DNA of 46,879 bases. Origin: a virus. Its lineage: Duplodnaviria; Caudoviricetes. The translations under genes and the position numbers were made by a program. The stretch spans positions 1-46,879 of IMG/VR virus record IMGVR_UViG_3300015370_000022; one strand, written 5' to 3'. The notes beneath the pieces were generated by a model. That model worked only from the letters and a program-made list of their open reading frames with translations, did no database searches and had not been told where the DNA came from. Within the stretch, counting starts at the first letter, position 1. Every line of letters begins with the position of its first letter. Below, in pieces: positions 35,668 to 44,241 of this stretch.

Positions 35668-36350
35668 AAGAACCGAAGACACAAAAAGAATTTGATAAAT
35701 TGGCAGAAGGTAAAGATTGGATATATGTTAGTAAGGGATATTGGGAGGCAAGCGGGTCGGCTCATGTTGAGGCACGGGGGTCGGCTCATATTGAGGCAAG
35801 GGGGTCGGCTCATATTGTGGCACGGGAGTCGGCTCATGTTGTGGCACGGGAGTCGGTTTATATTGTGGCACGGGGGTCGGCTCATGTTGTGGCATGGGGG
35901 TCGTCTACCTGTGCTAAACACTCAAGTTTAGTAAATGCCCATGGGAATGTAATTGATTTTACAATCTATCCCAAAACTGTGGACGGATGGCTCAATAAAT
36001 ATGAATGTCCAATAAGGCGAGGTAAAGTCATTCTTTATAAAGCAACCGATGAGAACTATCGGACTAGAAATGGTTTTCAATATACCATTGGTGAAATGGC
36101 TATCGCCCCAGACTGGGAAGACATAGATATTGAATGTGGTAAGGGACTGCATCTATGTCATCATCCCGTCTGTTGCAAGGAATTTATTACTGCTAGACAC
36201 TACTTAGCTTGTGAGGTCAAAGTTATAGATTTGCGGATTTATTCTAGCAAGCCTGAGTTCCCCGATAAACTAAGAGCAAAATCATGTAGAGTGCTTTATG
36301 AAGTGGATAGATGGGGTAATAAAATTGAGGTTCAGGAGGTTAAGCTATGA
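35664..36350 (+). CDS. phage protein with 8-aa beta-helix-like repeats and a CGKGLH domain
   Basis: Six SAHVEARG-type repeats followed by YKA...ECGKGLH...KLRA. Confidence 0.8.
   Translation: MKEPKTQKEFDKLAEGKDWIYVSKGYWEASGSAHVEARGSAHIEARGSAHIVARESAHVVARESVYIVARGSAHVVAWGSSTCAKHSSLVNAHGNVIDFTIYPKTVDGWLNKYECPIRRGKVILYKATDENYRTRNGFQYTIGEMAIAPDWEDIDIECGKGLHLCHHPVCCKEFITARHYLACEVKVIDLRIYSSKPEFPDKLRAKSCRVLYEVDRWGNKIEVQEVKL
35757..35900 (+). repeat. 24 nt coding tandem repeat, 6 copies
   Basis: TCGGCTCATGTTGAGGCACGGGGG-like units starting every 24 nt. Confidence 0.9.
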
Positions 36351-36519
36351 AGTATGCAAAATGGGCTTCCCTTATAATGTGGGGTGGATGTTTTGGGTTT
36401 GCCATGATGAAGTTTGTTTCACAAAGCGATTGGGGAATGTTCGCCTTTGCATTGGGGATAGTTTTTGCGGTTTTCTATCTTATAAGTTGGATGATAATTA
36501 TAGCGGAGGAGTTATTGAG

Positions 36520-36711
36520 ATGAAATGCCCAATAATAGGTGTATATTACCCGTCTATTGGAGCTAAACCTGAAATCTATAAGTGTATTGAGAAGGAGTGT
36601 CCATTATGGGATAATAAGCAGTGCAACCTAGGGAATATGGGGGAAGAGCTAAAGAAGATAAGACAGGCAATACAAACTTTGGCTCAGGAAATTACACTAC
36701 TAAGGAGGTAA
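36520..36711 (+). CDS. small Cys-rich protein (MKCPI...CIEKECPLW)
   Basis: GGAGGAG RBS before ATG at 36520; the longer ORF-track call is probably over-extended. Confidence 0.6.
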   Translation: MKCPIIGVYYPSIGAKPEIYKCIEKECPLWDNKQCNLGNMGEELKKIRQAIQTLAQEITLLRR

Positions 36712-36712
36712 G

Positions 36713-37105
36713 ATGAGGCTATTAAAGTTTCGTGCGTGGAATGAGCGTGAAAAGATAATGGAAACCCCAGACAATATAGCCAACGACATTGATGGGGAGA
36801 AGTACCAGATAATGCAGTTTACGGGGTTGCTAGACCGCAACTCAAAAGAGATATACGAAGGGGATATAATAATTCGTAAAGACAAACATACTTCCTCAAG
36901 GGATGAATATCAGGTAAAGTGGCATTTTGGGGGCTTTCTGCTATGTCGCAATTTGAGCGATTATCGCTCCTCAATGCCATACAGTGATGAAGATGAAATA
37001 GGGTTTTTACCGATAAAACTTCCCAATATTGCTTGTGAATTGGAAGTCATCGGCAACATATATGAACCAGAACTATTAAAGGAGGATAAAAATGGAAGAG
37101 AGTAA
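36713..37105 (+). CDS. YopX family protein
   Basis: KFRAW...MQFTGLLDRNSKEIYEGDI...EVIGNIYE. Confidence 0.9.
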   Translation: MRLLKFRAWNEREKIMETPDNIANDIDGEKYQIMQFTGLLDRNSKEIYEGDIIIRKDKHTSSRDEYQVKWHFGGFLLCRNLSDYRSSMPYSDEDEIGFLPIKLPNIACELEVIGNIYEPELLKEDKNGRE

Positions 37106-37298
37106 AGTAATCCATGAGTGGGTAAAAACTGACGCTACAAAGAAGGTCAAGCTGATGAAGATGAGCAAGGATAACTGGCAATGGGGAATCACTTACGAGG
37201 AGACAAACTCTAGGGAACTATTGGACGAAATCTACAAAATAAACGATGAGTTGATAGAAAGGTTCAAAAAGGAGGACACAAATGAAGCGGGAGCATAA
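37092..37298 (+). CDS. hypothetical protein
   Basis: AAGGAGG RBS; 68 aa. Confidence 0.65.
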   Translation: MEESKVIHEWVKTDATKKVKLMKMSKDNWQWGITYEETNSRELLDEIYKINDELIERFKKEDTNEAGA

Positions 37299-37494
37299 CA
37301 TAACATCGGAGGCTGGGTGGGTTTGGGTTGCTTGTGCAATTGATGGCGAAGGTTCAATCGGTCTATTCGACAAAAGGGATGGCACAGGTAGAATAAATAT
37401 ACAAATTGGTTGCTATAATAATAACCGTGCTTTCCTAGAAAGGTTATTCTCTATATGCCAAGCTGGGAAGATTTCTGAGGTTTCCTCAAAATGA
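37282..37494 (+). pseudogene. truncated LAGLIDADG endonuclease
   Basis: WVACAIDGEGSIG motif but only 70 aa; lacks the C-terminal half seen in 28585-28989. Confidence 0.65.
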
Positions 37495-37524
37495 GAAGCT
37501 ACAACATGAATATAACAAGGAGGA

Positions 37525-37980
37525 ATGATGGCTGAAAAACTCATAGTAATTGACAAGGTGGAGGAACTGCACGATAATGATGGGAATGTGGTGGGCAGGA
37601 CTGTTTACGATAAAAAAGGGGACACGATAAAAGTCAAGTCGCCACGTGGGACTAACCTCAAAGAGAGGTGGTCTGAGCTAGATGAGGGGATAGGGCTGGC
37701 GTTTAGATTTACTATGGCGGATTATAAGACTCCGCAAGGTAAAGTATTTCCCTATGTAAGCAACTTTGAAAAGGTAGCCGGTGTCTTTGAGCAAGAAGCA
37801 GCCCAGAAGGTAGCCGAGCAAATGAGTGATGGTAAAAATCGCAGCTATGCACTTTCGTATTCTAAGGATTGGTGTATCGCTTGCAAGCAGGCAGGGGACG
37901 ATGTTAAAACCACACACATATTAAGTATTGCAGCAATCTTTGAAGTCTATCTGGATAAAGGTATTACAAAGGAGGAATAA
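37525..37980 (+). CDS. hypothetical protein, possibly ssDNA-binding
   Basis: AAGGAGG RBS; beta-rich N-terminus plus helical tail; function inferred from context only. Confidence 0.5.
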   Translation: MMAEKLIVIDKVEELHDNDGNVVGRTVYDKKGDTIKVKSPRGTNLKERWSELDEGIGLAFRFTMADYKTPQGKVFPYVSNFEKVAGVFEQEAAQKVAEQMSDGKNRSYALSYSKDWCIACKQAGDDVKTTHILSIAAIFEVYLDKGITKEE

Positions 37981-38346
37981 AGATGGCAATAATAGTGATT
38001 AAAGAGGGCGATAAGCACGAACAGGGCAATGCCAAATGCCCACAGTGTAATGAGCAAGTTCTTATTGAGCAACATTGGGGCAACCCTCCAAATTGTCCCC
38101 ATTGTAGAGTGCCCTATTCCCCTATTATCAGACCAGCCAAATATAGTTAAGGGAGGAATAAAATGAAAGCACTAAAGCTATTCTTCACACCCAAGTTACT
38201 CAAGAGATTTATTAGAATGAGGCTGAAGGGGGTAATTTAACAGAGATTGCTGGTGTCTGGGAGTGTGGTGATTACTACACCGCAGGTATATTGGTGGCGA
38301 ATAGCTAACACCAAGAACCTAGCTGAATCAGGATGACCCGCCCCTC

Positions 38347-38375
38347 TTGATAATCACTTCTTATTGTGTTACAAT
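38347..38375 (+). promoter_or_regulatory. sigma70 promoter for the HNH gene
   Basis: TTGATA-17nt-TACAAT with TG extension. Confidence 0.7.
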
Positions 38376-38397
38376 GGTAGGAGGAGGTAATGGGAAA

Positions 38398-38823
38398 ATG
38401 TCAGGTAAAGGAATGAAAGGAAAGAAAAATCCAAGCTGGAAAGGTGGTCGCAGGATGTTACCGACTGGATATATCAGTATATGGATTTCGCCCGATAATC
38501 CTTTTTATCCAATGGCTCAAAAGGGCAATTATGTGAGAGAACACAGATTAGTAATGGCTAAACATTTGGGGCGTTGTTTATTGCCTGAGGAAATAATCCA
38601 TCATAAAAATGGTAACAGAAGTGATAACCGCCTTGAGAATTTGGAACTTGTAGTTTCAGCAAACGAACATAAAATAGCCTTCATTGAAAACATTAAAAAA
38701 CAAGAGCAGAATAGATTGCTAATTTTCTTAAAGGGATTGCTGGAACTTAACCCGAAAGCTAGTTTAGAGGCTACCATTGACTTAATAGAAACTACTGACC
38801 CTGAAAATTATGGGGGTGATTAG
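38398..38823 (+). CDS. HNH endonuclease
   Basis: [35 protein letters not shown]; start placed after the GGAGGAGG RBS. Confidence 0.9.
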   Translation: MSGKGMKGKKNPSWKGGRRMLPTGYISIWISPDNPFYPMAQKGNYVREHRLVMAKHLGRCLLPEEIIHHKNGNRSDNRLENLELVVSANEHKIAFIENIKKQEQNRLLIFLKGLLELNPKASLEATIDLIETTDPENYGGD

Positions 38824-39039
38824 GGTGAGCCTAATGGAATAGCCTCCCAGCAAGATGCCAGCTACCTAATTAAAGGAGGAATAGATGAGTGGTAAAGACC
38901 GAATCAAATACCTTAGTTTAGATTTCATCTCAATGGTAGAAGACATTGTTGAGCCAAAGTCTGGAGTTGGTGACTTTGTGGGGGATAGAGAAGCTATTAC
39001 CCAGAGTGAGCCAGAACCTGTTGAGGAATTGAGGGAAGT

Positions 39040-39309
39040 ATGAAACTAGAGATATTGAATGATGAGGCGCTACAAGATGCTGCTGAATGGTTCTTTGAGC
39101 GCTCTGATGAACGCTCAATTCTACGAATAAGGCAAGTAGCCCAAGCCCAACTAAAAAGTGATTTGAAGCAGTTTATAAGTTGGATTAAAAAGCACAAAGA
39201 TGATGAGATGGGTTATGCCTGGGGGCAAAGGCAAGGTGCTCCAACAATAGTTATTACTCTTGACCCGTTAGAGTGGCAATCCCTGCAATCCCAGTTAGAG
39301 GAAGTATAG
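39040..39309 (+). CDS. hypothetical protein
   Basis: GAGGG RBS; 89 aa. Confidence 0.7.
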   Translation: MKLEILNDEALQDAAEWFFERSDERSILRIRQVAQAQLKSDLKQFISWIKKHKDDEMGYAWGQRQGAPTIVITLDPLEWQSLQSQLEEV

Positions 39310-39363
39310 AGGTAATGATGGTAGATAAGAAGTATCAGGGAATATGTAGAAGGGAGGCAACCA

Positions 39364-39729
39364 ATGGATGAGAAGGAACAGGCAATAAAAGACCTAGCTG
39401 AGACTATAGACAAATTTCGTTCCCCAATCCCTGAGAATGTAAGGGAGGAGCTAATCACATCTATTATAGAGTATAAGGGATTTGACCGTGCTCCTACAGA
39501 ATGGATGGTTGATAAAGCTATTTTGCCTCTAATAGCTCCCCTGATAGAGCAGGCTAAAAAGAAAGAGGAAGAGAGAATACTTACATACTTGGAATACTGG
39601 TGGCGGAGTTATGAAGTTACTGATGATGGTTCTGTATCAAGACACACATTCGCTTTGCCAAGAGACTGGAAGTCAGCAATTCGTAAAGGAAAACCGCCAT
39701 ATACAAAAGCTGATTGGGAGGATAAGTAA
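39364..39729 (+). CDS. hypothetical protein
   Basis: GGAGG RBS; 121 aa. Confidence 0.7.
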   Translation: MDEKEQAIKDLAETIDKFRSPIPENVREELITSIIEYKGFDRAPTEWMVDKAILPLIAPLIEQAKKKEEERILTYLEYWWRSYEVTDDGSVSRHTFALPRDWKSAIRKGKPPYTKADWEDK

Positions 39730-39739
39730 GGTATCTATT

Positions 39740-40654
39740 ATGGCTGAGAAAATATTGTTGCTGAATATTGATAGTAAGTTGACTAATATAGCTCTGAAGA
39801 AGATTGAGATGTGGCATACACAACGAGGCGATAAAGTTATTTGGGATATGCCTATGATGTTAGGAATGACTGATAGAGCCTATGCTTCTTGTATCTTTAC
39901 CAAGAATGCTAGTATTGTGGCGAATTACAAAGGACTCTACCCCGAACTTATCGCTGGTGGAACTGGCTATGATTTAACTATTAAATTGCCCTCTGAAATA
40001 GAAGCTATGAAACCCAAAATAAACTATGGCTTCACTACTAGGGGATGTATCAGAAACTGTGCGTTTTGCCTTGTCCCTCAAGCGGAGGGTAACATTCACA
40101 TCGTGGGAGATATTTATGACATCTGGGATGGTAAAAGCAAAACTCTTATATTACTTGATAATAACATCTTGGCATTACCTACCCACTTTGAGATGATATG
40201 TGAACAAGTGTGGTCAGAGGATTTAGTTGTGGACTTTAATCAAGGATTAGACATAAGATTGCTTACTCCAACAGTTTGTGAGTTATTGAAGTCAATAAAA
40301 ATTAAGGAACTGCGTTTTTCCTTTGATAGCCCAAAACTTGAACCCATCATCCGTAAGAAGGTATCTTTGCTCAATGATTACGATGTAGCAAATCGCTATT
40401 GGTTCTTTGTGCTAGTTGGTTTTGATACCACATTTGAAGAAGATTTACATAGATTGGATGTGTTGAGGGAATTAGGCTGTGTTGCGTATGTTATGAGACA
40501 TGAGAATACCCCAAAAGAAGAGAGATATATACGACTAGCTGAATGGGCTAATCAGATTTGGACTTTTTGCCAATGGGACTTTGAGGAACACTGCAGAAGA
40601 AATAAATTAAGAAGTAGAAAGTGGCATAGTATTGTAGGGTGCTATTATGGCTGA
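39740..40654 (+). CDS. radical SAM protein
   Basis: TTRGCIRNCAFC (CxxxCxxC), LLDNNILA, DFNQGLDIRL; start at MAEKILLL. Confidence 0.9.
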   Translation: MAEKILLLNIDSKLTNIALKKIEMWHTQRGDKVIWDMPMMLGMTDRAYASCIFTKNASIVANYKGLYPELIAGGTGYDLTIKLPSEIEAMKPKINYGFTTRGCIRNCAFCLVPQAEGNIHIVGDIYDIWDGKSKTLILLDNNILALPTHFEMICEQVWSEDLVVDFNQGLDIRLLTPTVCELLKSIKIKELRFSFDSPKLEPIIRKKVSLLNDYDVANRYWFFVLVGFDTTFEEDLHRLDVLRELGCVAYVMRHENTPKEERYIRLAEWANQIWTFCQWDFEEHCRRNKLRSRKWHSIVGCYYG

Positions 40655-40832
40655 GAAGGTTGTATCTTGTGATAGTTGTGTCCACTCTTTAGTTTGCCGA
40701 TTACTGGAAGGTGAAAGGGACGCTAGCTTTTCAGCCCAGAATAGAGGCGATATAATTAAGGAGGTCAATACACTAAAGATGGAGTTGGCTCAAGCCTGTA
40801 GATTTTACAAGATGGTGAAGATAGATGGCTGA
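40647..40832 (+). CDS. small Cys-rich protein
   Basis: CDSCVHSLVC...CRFY. Confidence 0.6.
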   Translation: MAEKVVSCDSCVHSLVCRLLEGERDASFSAQNRGDIIKEVNTLKMELAQACRFYKMVKIDG

Positions 40833-40993
40833 TAGAGAGGGGAAGATAACAGCGGTGGGGTTATATTGCCACAAGACAGGTTTAGCCTATGAGACTAAGG
40901 AGATACCAGAATGAAACCACTAATCTATATCCTATGTTTTATACTTATGCTCCCTGTTAAGGTTTTAAGATTGATTTGTGGTATGGAGGCGAG

Positions 40994-41257
40994 ATGACAG
41001 ACCTTAGAAAGTTAATAAACCAGTTCCCAGAGTTGGGGGATTGTTTCGCTGAGTGGGAAAATCGCATCAGCTTTCTTGAAAACTCATTACCTTATAGCCG
41101 ACCACCAGAACCTCAGCCAGCACAAGAGCCTGAAGTCTGGAAGCCTAGAGCTTGGGATAGACTACAACAGTTAGAGGCTAGAGTCCTCCATATTGAAAAG
41201 AAAAGTATGGAACAACGAGCCGAGAGAGCTAAGAGAAAACAAGTTAAACCTTTCTAA
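40994..41257 (+). CDS. hypothetical coiled-coil protein
   Basis: GGAGG RBS before MTDLRKL. Confidence 0.65.
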   Translation: MTDLRKLINQFPELGDCFAEWENRISFLENSLPYSRPPEPQPAQEPEVWKPRAWDRLQQLEARVLHIEKKSMEQRAERAKRKQVKPF

Positions 41258-41420
41258 TAGATATATATAAAAATATAATATATATACGCATATAGGAAAA
41301 TTGGAACTAGGCGTGAATTTATAAGAATCGCCAGTCGTGAGACTGAAATTTATAAGAATTTTTATAAGACAGTTATAAGAATTATAAGCCTATAAGAATT
41401 ATAAGAATTATAAGGAGAAT
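41258..41420. repeat. putative replication origin: AT-rich tract plus eight TATAAG iteron-like repeats
   Basis: TATAAG at 41320, 41351, 41363, 41374, 41383, 41391, 41400, 41409; TA-rich tract at 41258-41293. Confidence 0.65.
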
Positions 41421-42410
41421 ATGGAAGACAAGGGGCTTTATGCGAGAGCACATGGCAAGGTTATAGAGCTATTGCCTGTATTAAAGGGTAGGCACTTTGC
41501 TAGCAAGGATGTTTGGGATTTAATTGGGTTGGGTAATTTACCTGAACATGCACCTTACAAAGAGGCTATCGCAAAGGTTTTATATAATATATCTCAAGTA
41601 AATAAAGAGCCGTTGCTTAGGCAGGTAGGGAAGCAATACAGGATTATTGAGAAGGATATTCCTGAGATAGAGTGGTGGATACCGAGTGGTAAGAAGCCTT
41701 TGGAATTAAGGTGGCCTAGGGGGGTTGATGATATGACCTACTTTGGGTTTGAGGACTCCACAGAGATATATCCTAGAGATGCTCTGGTCTTAGCAGGGGA
41801 GGGGAATAAAGGGAAAACAACATTTGCCTTAAACTTTTTGGTGGAAAATATGGATAATTACCCATGCACTTATTTCTCCAGCGAATTTAGCGAATTGAAA
41901 TTCCGTAACAGGATAGAGAGATTTGACTGGGTGGATATAATGAAAAATGGCAGACCAAAGTTTGAATTGTTGCCACGCCAGCAATATTATGAGGATGTCA
42001 TTAGCGATAGGAAGGATAATATAAATATCATTGATTGGATAAGAATGGATGATGACCCTTGGAAGATAAGGGCAGTTATAGATAGCATAATGCAACCATT
42101 AGATAAGGGGATTTGCTTGATTGTTCTCCAGAAGCGGTCATATAAGAGTGTGGGTGAGGGTGGAGAGGGAAGTGTTGACCTTAGCAGTGCTTATTTTATA
42201 CTATCAAACCAGAAACTGAAGGTTGAGAAAGTAAAGGTGCCAAAGGCGTATGACCCGAATTATAAGACTTTTGGTTTTGAGATAATAAAACATGGTAGCA
42301 GATTTAATAATATCAGGGAGATAATAAAGTGCAAAAATTGTAGTGGGTCTGGCAATCATCGTGGTGCTGAATGTGAGGACTGTTTTGGGATTGGCTATAT
42401 TGATAAGTAA
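41421..42410 (+). CDS. RecA/DnaB-fold ATPase (replicative helicase-like) with C-terminal CxxCxGxG zinc finger
   Basis: GEGNKGKT Walker A, YFSSE, IIDW Walker B, VLQK; CKNCSGSG...CEDCFGIG. Confidence 0.8.
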   Translation: MEDKGLYARAHGKVIELLPVLKGRHFASKDVWDLIGLGNLPEHAPYKEAIAKVLYNISQVNKEPLLRQVGKQYRIIEKDIPEIEWWIPSGKKPLELRWPRGVDDMTYFGFEDSTEIYPRDALVLAGEGNKGKTTFALNFLVENMDNYPCTYFSSEFSELKFRNRIERFDWVDIMKNGRPKFELLPRQQYYEDVISDRKDNINIIDWIRMDDDPWKIRAVIDSIMQPLDKGICLIVLQKRSYKSVGEGGEGSVDLSSAYFILSNQKLKVEKVKVPKAYDPNYKTFGFEIIKHGSRFNNIREIIKCKNCSGSGNHRGAECEDCFGIGYIDK

Positions 42411-42422
42411 GGAGAAGGAACA

Positions 42423-42617
42423 ATGGATAAAGAAGCAATAAAAAGAGCTAGTGAGATAGCGGTTAAGGATATGCGGGAAAAGATGAAGGAGATGAGGGCT
42501 GTTAATCCTCAGCGTTTCAGTCAATTTGTAGCTTTGGGTAAGGCGACTTTCACGCCAAACAAACTCCATAACATTGATAAGCCAGTTAAGGGTAAGAAGG
42601 GGGGAAAGGATGCTTAA
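42423..42617 (+). CDS. hypothetical protein
   Basis: AAGGAG RBS; 64 aa. Confidence 0.6.
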   Translation: MDKEAIKRASEIAVKDMREKMKEMRAVNPQRFSQFVALGKATFTPNKLHNIDKPVKGKKGGKDA

Positions 42618-42948
42618 TACAATAAGAGATTTTATCCAACGAGGCAGGAAGGGGTATGCTTCCCGTGATTTATGGAGCTTTAGCAACTGGTTAAGCACAC
42701 TCATAGCTAGTGGCTTGCGAGAATTTAAGAAGAATTGTCGTACCTATCCTAGCGATGGCATATCGTGGGAAGAATGGATGACTACGCTTGACGAAATGAT
42801 TGAATGTTTTGAGGAACAAGCAAGGTCATTGAATAATATCGGAGGGGAAAACTTTATGGATAACTGGCGTAAAAGGCGGGAAGTTCAAAAGAAAAAGCTA
42901 CATCGGGGGCTAGAACTTTTAGGGAAGTATTGGTGGGATTTGAGGTAA
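42610..42948 (+). CDS. hypothetical phage protein
   Basis: GYASRDLWS...WEEWMTTLDEMI...GLELLGKYWWDL; start at MLNTIRD. Confidence 0.7.
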   Translation: MLNTIRDFIQRGRKGYASRDLWSFSNWLSTLIASGLREFKKNCRTYPSDGISWEEWMTTLDEMIECFEEQARSLNNIGGENFMDNWRKRREVQKKKLHRGLELLGKYWWDLR

Positions 42949-42961
42949 TTAAGGGGGTGAA

Positions 42962-43639
42962 ATGCTAGAGAAAGACCTAAAACTTGCGGTGGAGGAGTAT
43001 TTACAATATCAACAAAACTTAGGCTTAAAGAAGTTGATGTTGATTATTGAGCAAAGCTTCAAGCTCTTGGATACGCTTGGCTTTTGCTTGAAGGACAAGG
43101 CTATGTTTTTTATTTGGCAAGGCTATAAGGTTACTAGAACGGTTATCATCAGGTATGCCATTCAAATGGTGAATAACCCAACCCGTAGGCAATGGTTTAT
43201 TATTAACTTGCTCCCATATAAGAATATGCTCCCAAACATATTTGTGCTTGTCTGCTCTTGGATGGTCAGGGTTGTAAATTTTAATATAACCGCCCTTCTG
43301 GATTACCCTTCCCCCTTTCCATCTTCTGGGATGAAGGATAAGACTACACTGGAGACAATAAGTTTGGTAGGCAGAAGTAAGTTTGCCACAATTAACACAA
43401 TAATAGGGATGATTCGCCATCCATCGTTTATGTGCAGCATTTGCCCCGCCTTTCCAGCGTTTGTTTTGCTCGCCTCTAGAGTAAGAACGATGCTTTTTAC
43501 AACCTTGAGATTTAAGCAATATAGGTTTTCCGCATACGGGACAAGGTTTTTGTTTTTTGTGCTCCTTATAATACAAACTCCAATATTCTTTTATCTCCAT
43601 AGTAAAATTATATCATTAAGGAGGGAACTTGTCAACTAA
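42962..43639 (+). CDS. original VRR-NUC N-terminus fused to a shadow ORF antisense to the HNH
   Basis: First 21 aa match the N-terminus of 43629..44003; frame stays open across the HNH and stops within the VRR-NUC start region. Confidence 0.5.
   Translation: MLEKDLKLAVEEYLQYQQNLGLKKLMLIIEQSFKLLDTLGFCLKDKAMFFIWQGYKVTRTVIIRYAIQMVNNPTRRQWFIINLLPYKNMLPNIFVLVCSWMVRVVNFNITALLDYPSPFPSSGMKDKTTLETISLVGRSKFATINTIIGMIRHPSFMCSICPAFPAFVLLASRVRTMLFTTLRFKQYRFSAYGTRFLFFVLLIIQTPIFFYLHSKIISLRRELVN
43025..43600 (-). CDS. HNH homing endonuclease, antisense insertion
   Basis: CPVC/CVNC, WKGG twice, EHILIWE, IHHLNGIPDDNRSSNL. Confidence 0.92.
   Translation of the reverse strand: MEIKEYWSLYYKEHKKQKPCPVCGKPILLKSQGCKKHRSYSRGEQNKRWKGGANAAHKRWMANHPYYCVNCGKLTSAYQTYCLQCSLILHPRRWKGGRVIQKGGYIKIYNPDHPRADKHKYVWEHILIWEQVNNKPLPTGWVIHHLNGIPDDNRSSNLIALPNKKHSLVLQAKAKRIQELEALLNNQHQLL
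43607..43635 (-). promoter_or_regulatory. consensus sigma70 promoter for leaderless HNH mRNA
   Basis: TTGACA-17nt-TATAAT with ATG 6 nt downstream; overlaps the RBS and TTG of VRR-NUC on the other strand. Confidence 0.85.
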
Positions 43640-44003
43640 AATACCATTATCAGAAGCAGATATAAAAAGAGCAATCGAGGAGTTCCTAGCGTGGCAACAA
43701 AACTTGGGGAAACTATGGTTTACCAGATTAAATAGTGGCAAGGCATTTGTTAAGAAAGGCGACAGGTTCCACAAGATACAGCTATGTCCTGCGGGCACAG
43801 CAGATTTGTTAGTAATAACCAATAATGGTAGATATGATGCCCCTAATAAATTTTATGCAATCCCGATTTTCTTGGAACTCAAGAGTGATAAGGGGGAAAC
43901 TTCAAAGGCTCAAGATAAGTTCGCTGAGCTTGTGCAGAAACAAGGGGCAAGCTACTTTTTGGTGAAAAGTGTAGATGAAGTAAGGGAGATTATTGGAGGT
44001 TAA
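43629..44003 (+). CDS. VRR-NUC domain nuclease (resolvase-like)
   Basis: SEADI...GTADL...FLELKSDKG...Q...VKSVDEV PD-(D/E)xK pattern; AAGGAGG RBS with TTG start. Confidence 0.88.
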   Translation: MSTKIPLSEADIKRAIEEFLAWQQNLGKLWFTRLNSGKAFVKKGDRFHKIQLCPAGTADLLVITNNGRYDAPNKFYAIPIFLELKSDKGETSKAQDKFAELVQKQGASYFLVKSVDEVREIIGG

Positions 44004-44004
44004 A

Positions 44005-44241
44005 ATGGGTCAACGGGAACTCACTAAAAGAATTTCCGATAGGCTACATAAGCAGGTAGCTTTTGGAGGGTTGACAAGAAGAAAAACAACTGAAGGGGAG
44101 GTCATACTAAAATGTCCAGTTTACAATGGGCAAGGGGATTTAGAACCATTGGCATCAGACCTTTCCAACATCTTTATAAGTTATATTGAAGAGGAGGGAC
44201 TTAAACAAATTAAAGCTATAATTAAGGACATACTTAAATGA
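44005..44241 (+). CDS. hypothetical protein
   Basis: GGAGG RBS before ATG at 44005. Confidence 0.65.
   Translation: MGQRELTKRISDRLHKQVAFGGLTRRKTTEGEVILKCPVYNGQGDLEPLASDLSNIFISYIEEEGLKQIKAIIKDILK

Larger units (their letters stand above)
38249..38862 (+). ncRNA. candidate structured RNA with an HNH gene inserted in a loop
   Basis: GCTGGTGTC/GATGCCAGC, TGGGAG/CTCCCA, AGG/CCT, ACCC/GGGT and GCCCCT/GGGGGT all pair across the HNH gene. Confidence 0.55.

Noticed and set aside
42962-43715. T4 gene 60-like translational bypass between the duplicated QQNLG codons
   Set aside because: No stop codon follows the putative take-off site, and the downstream copy has its own RBS, start and full N-terminus
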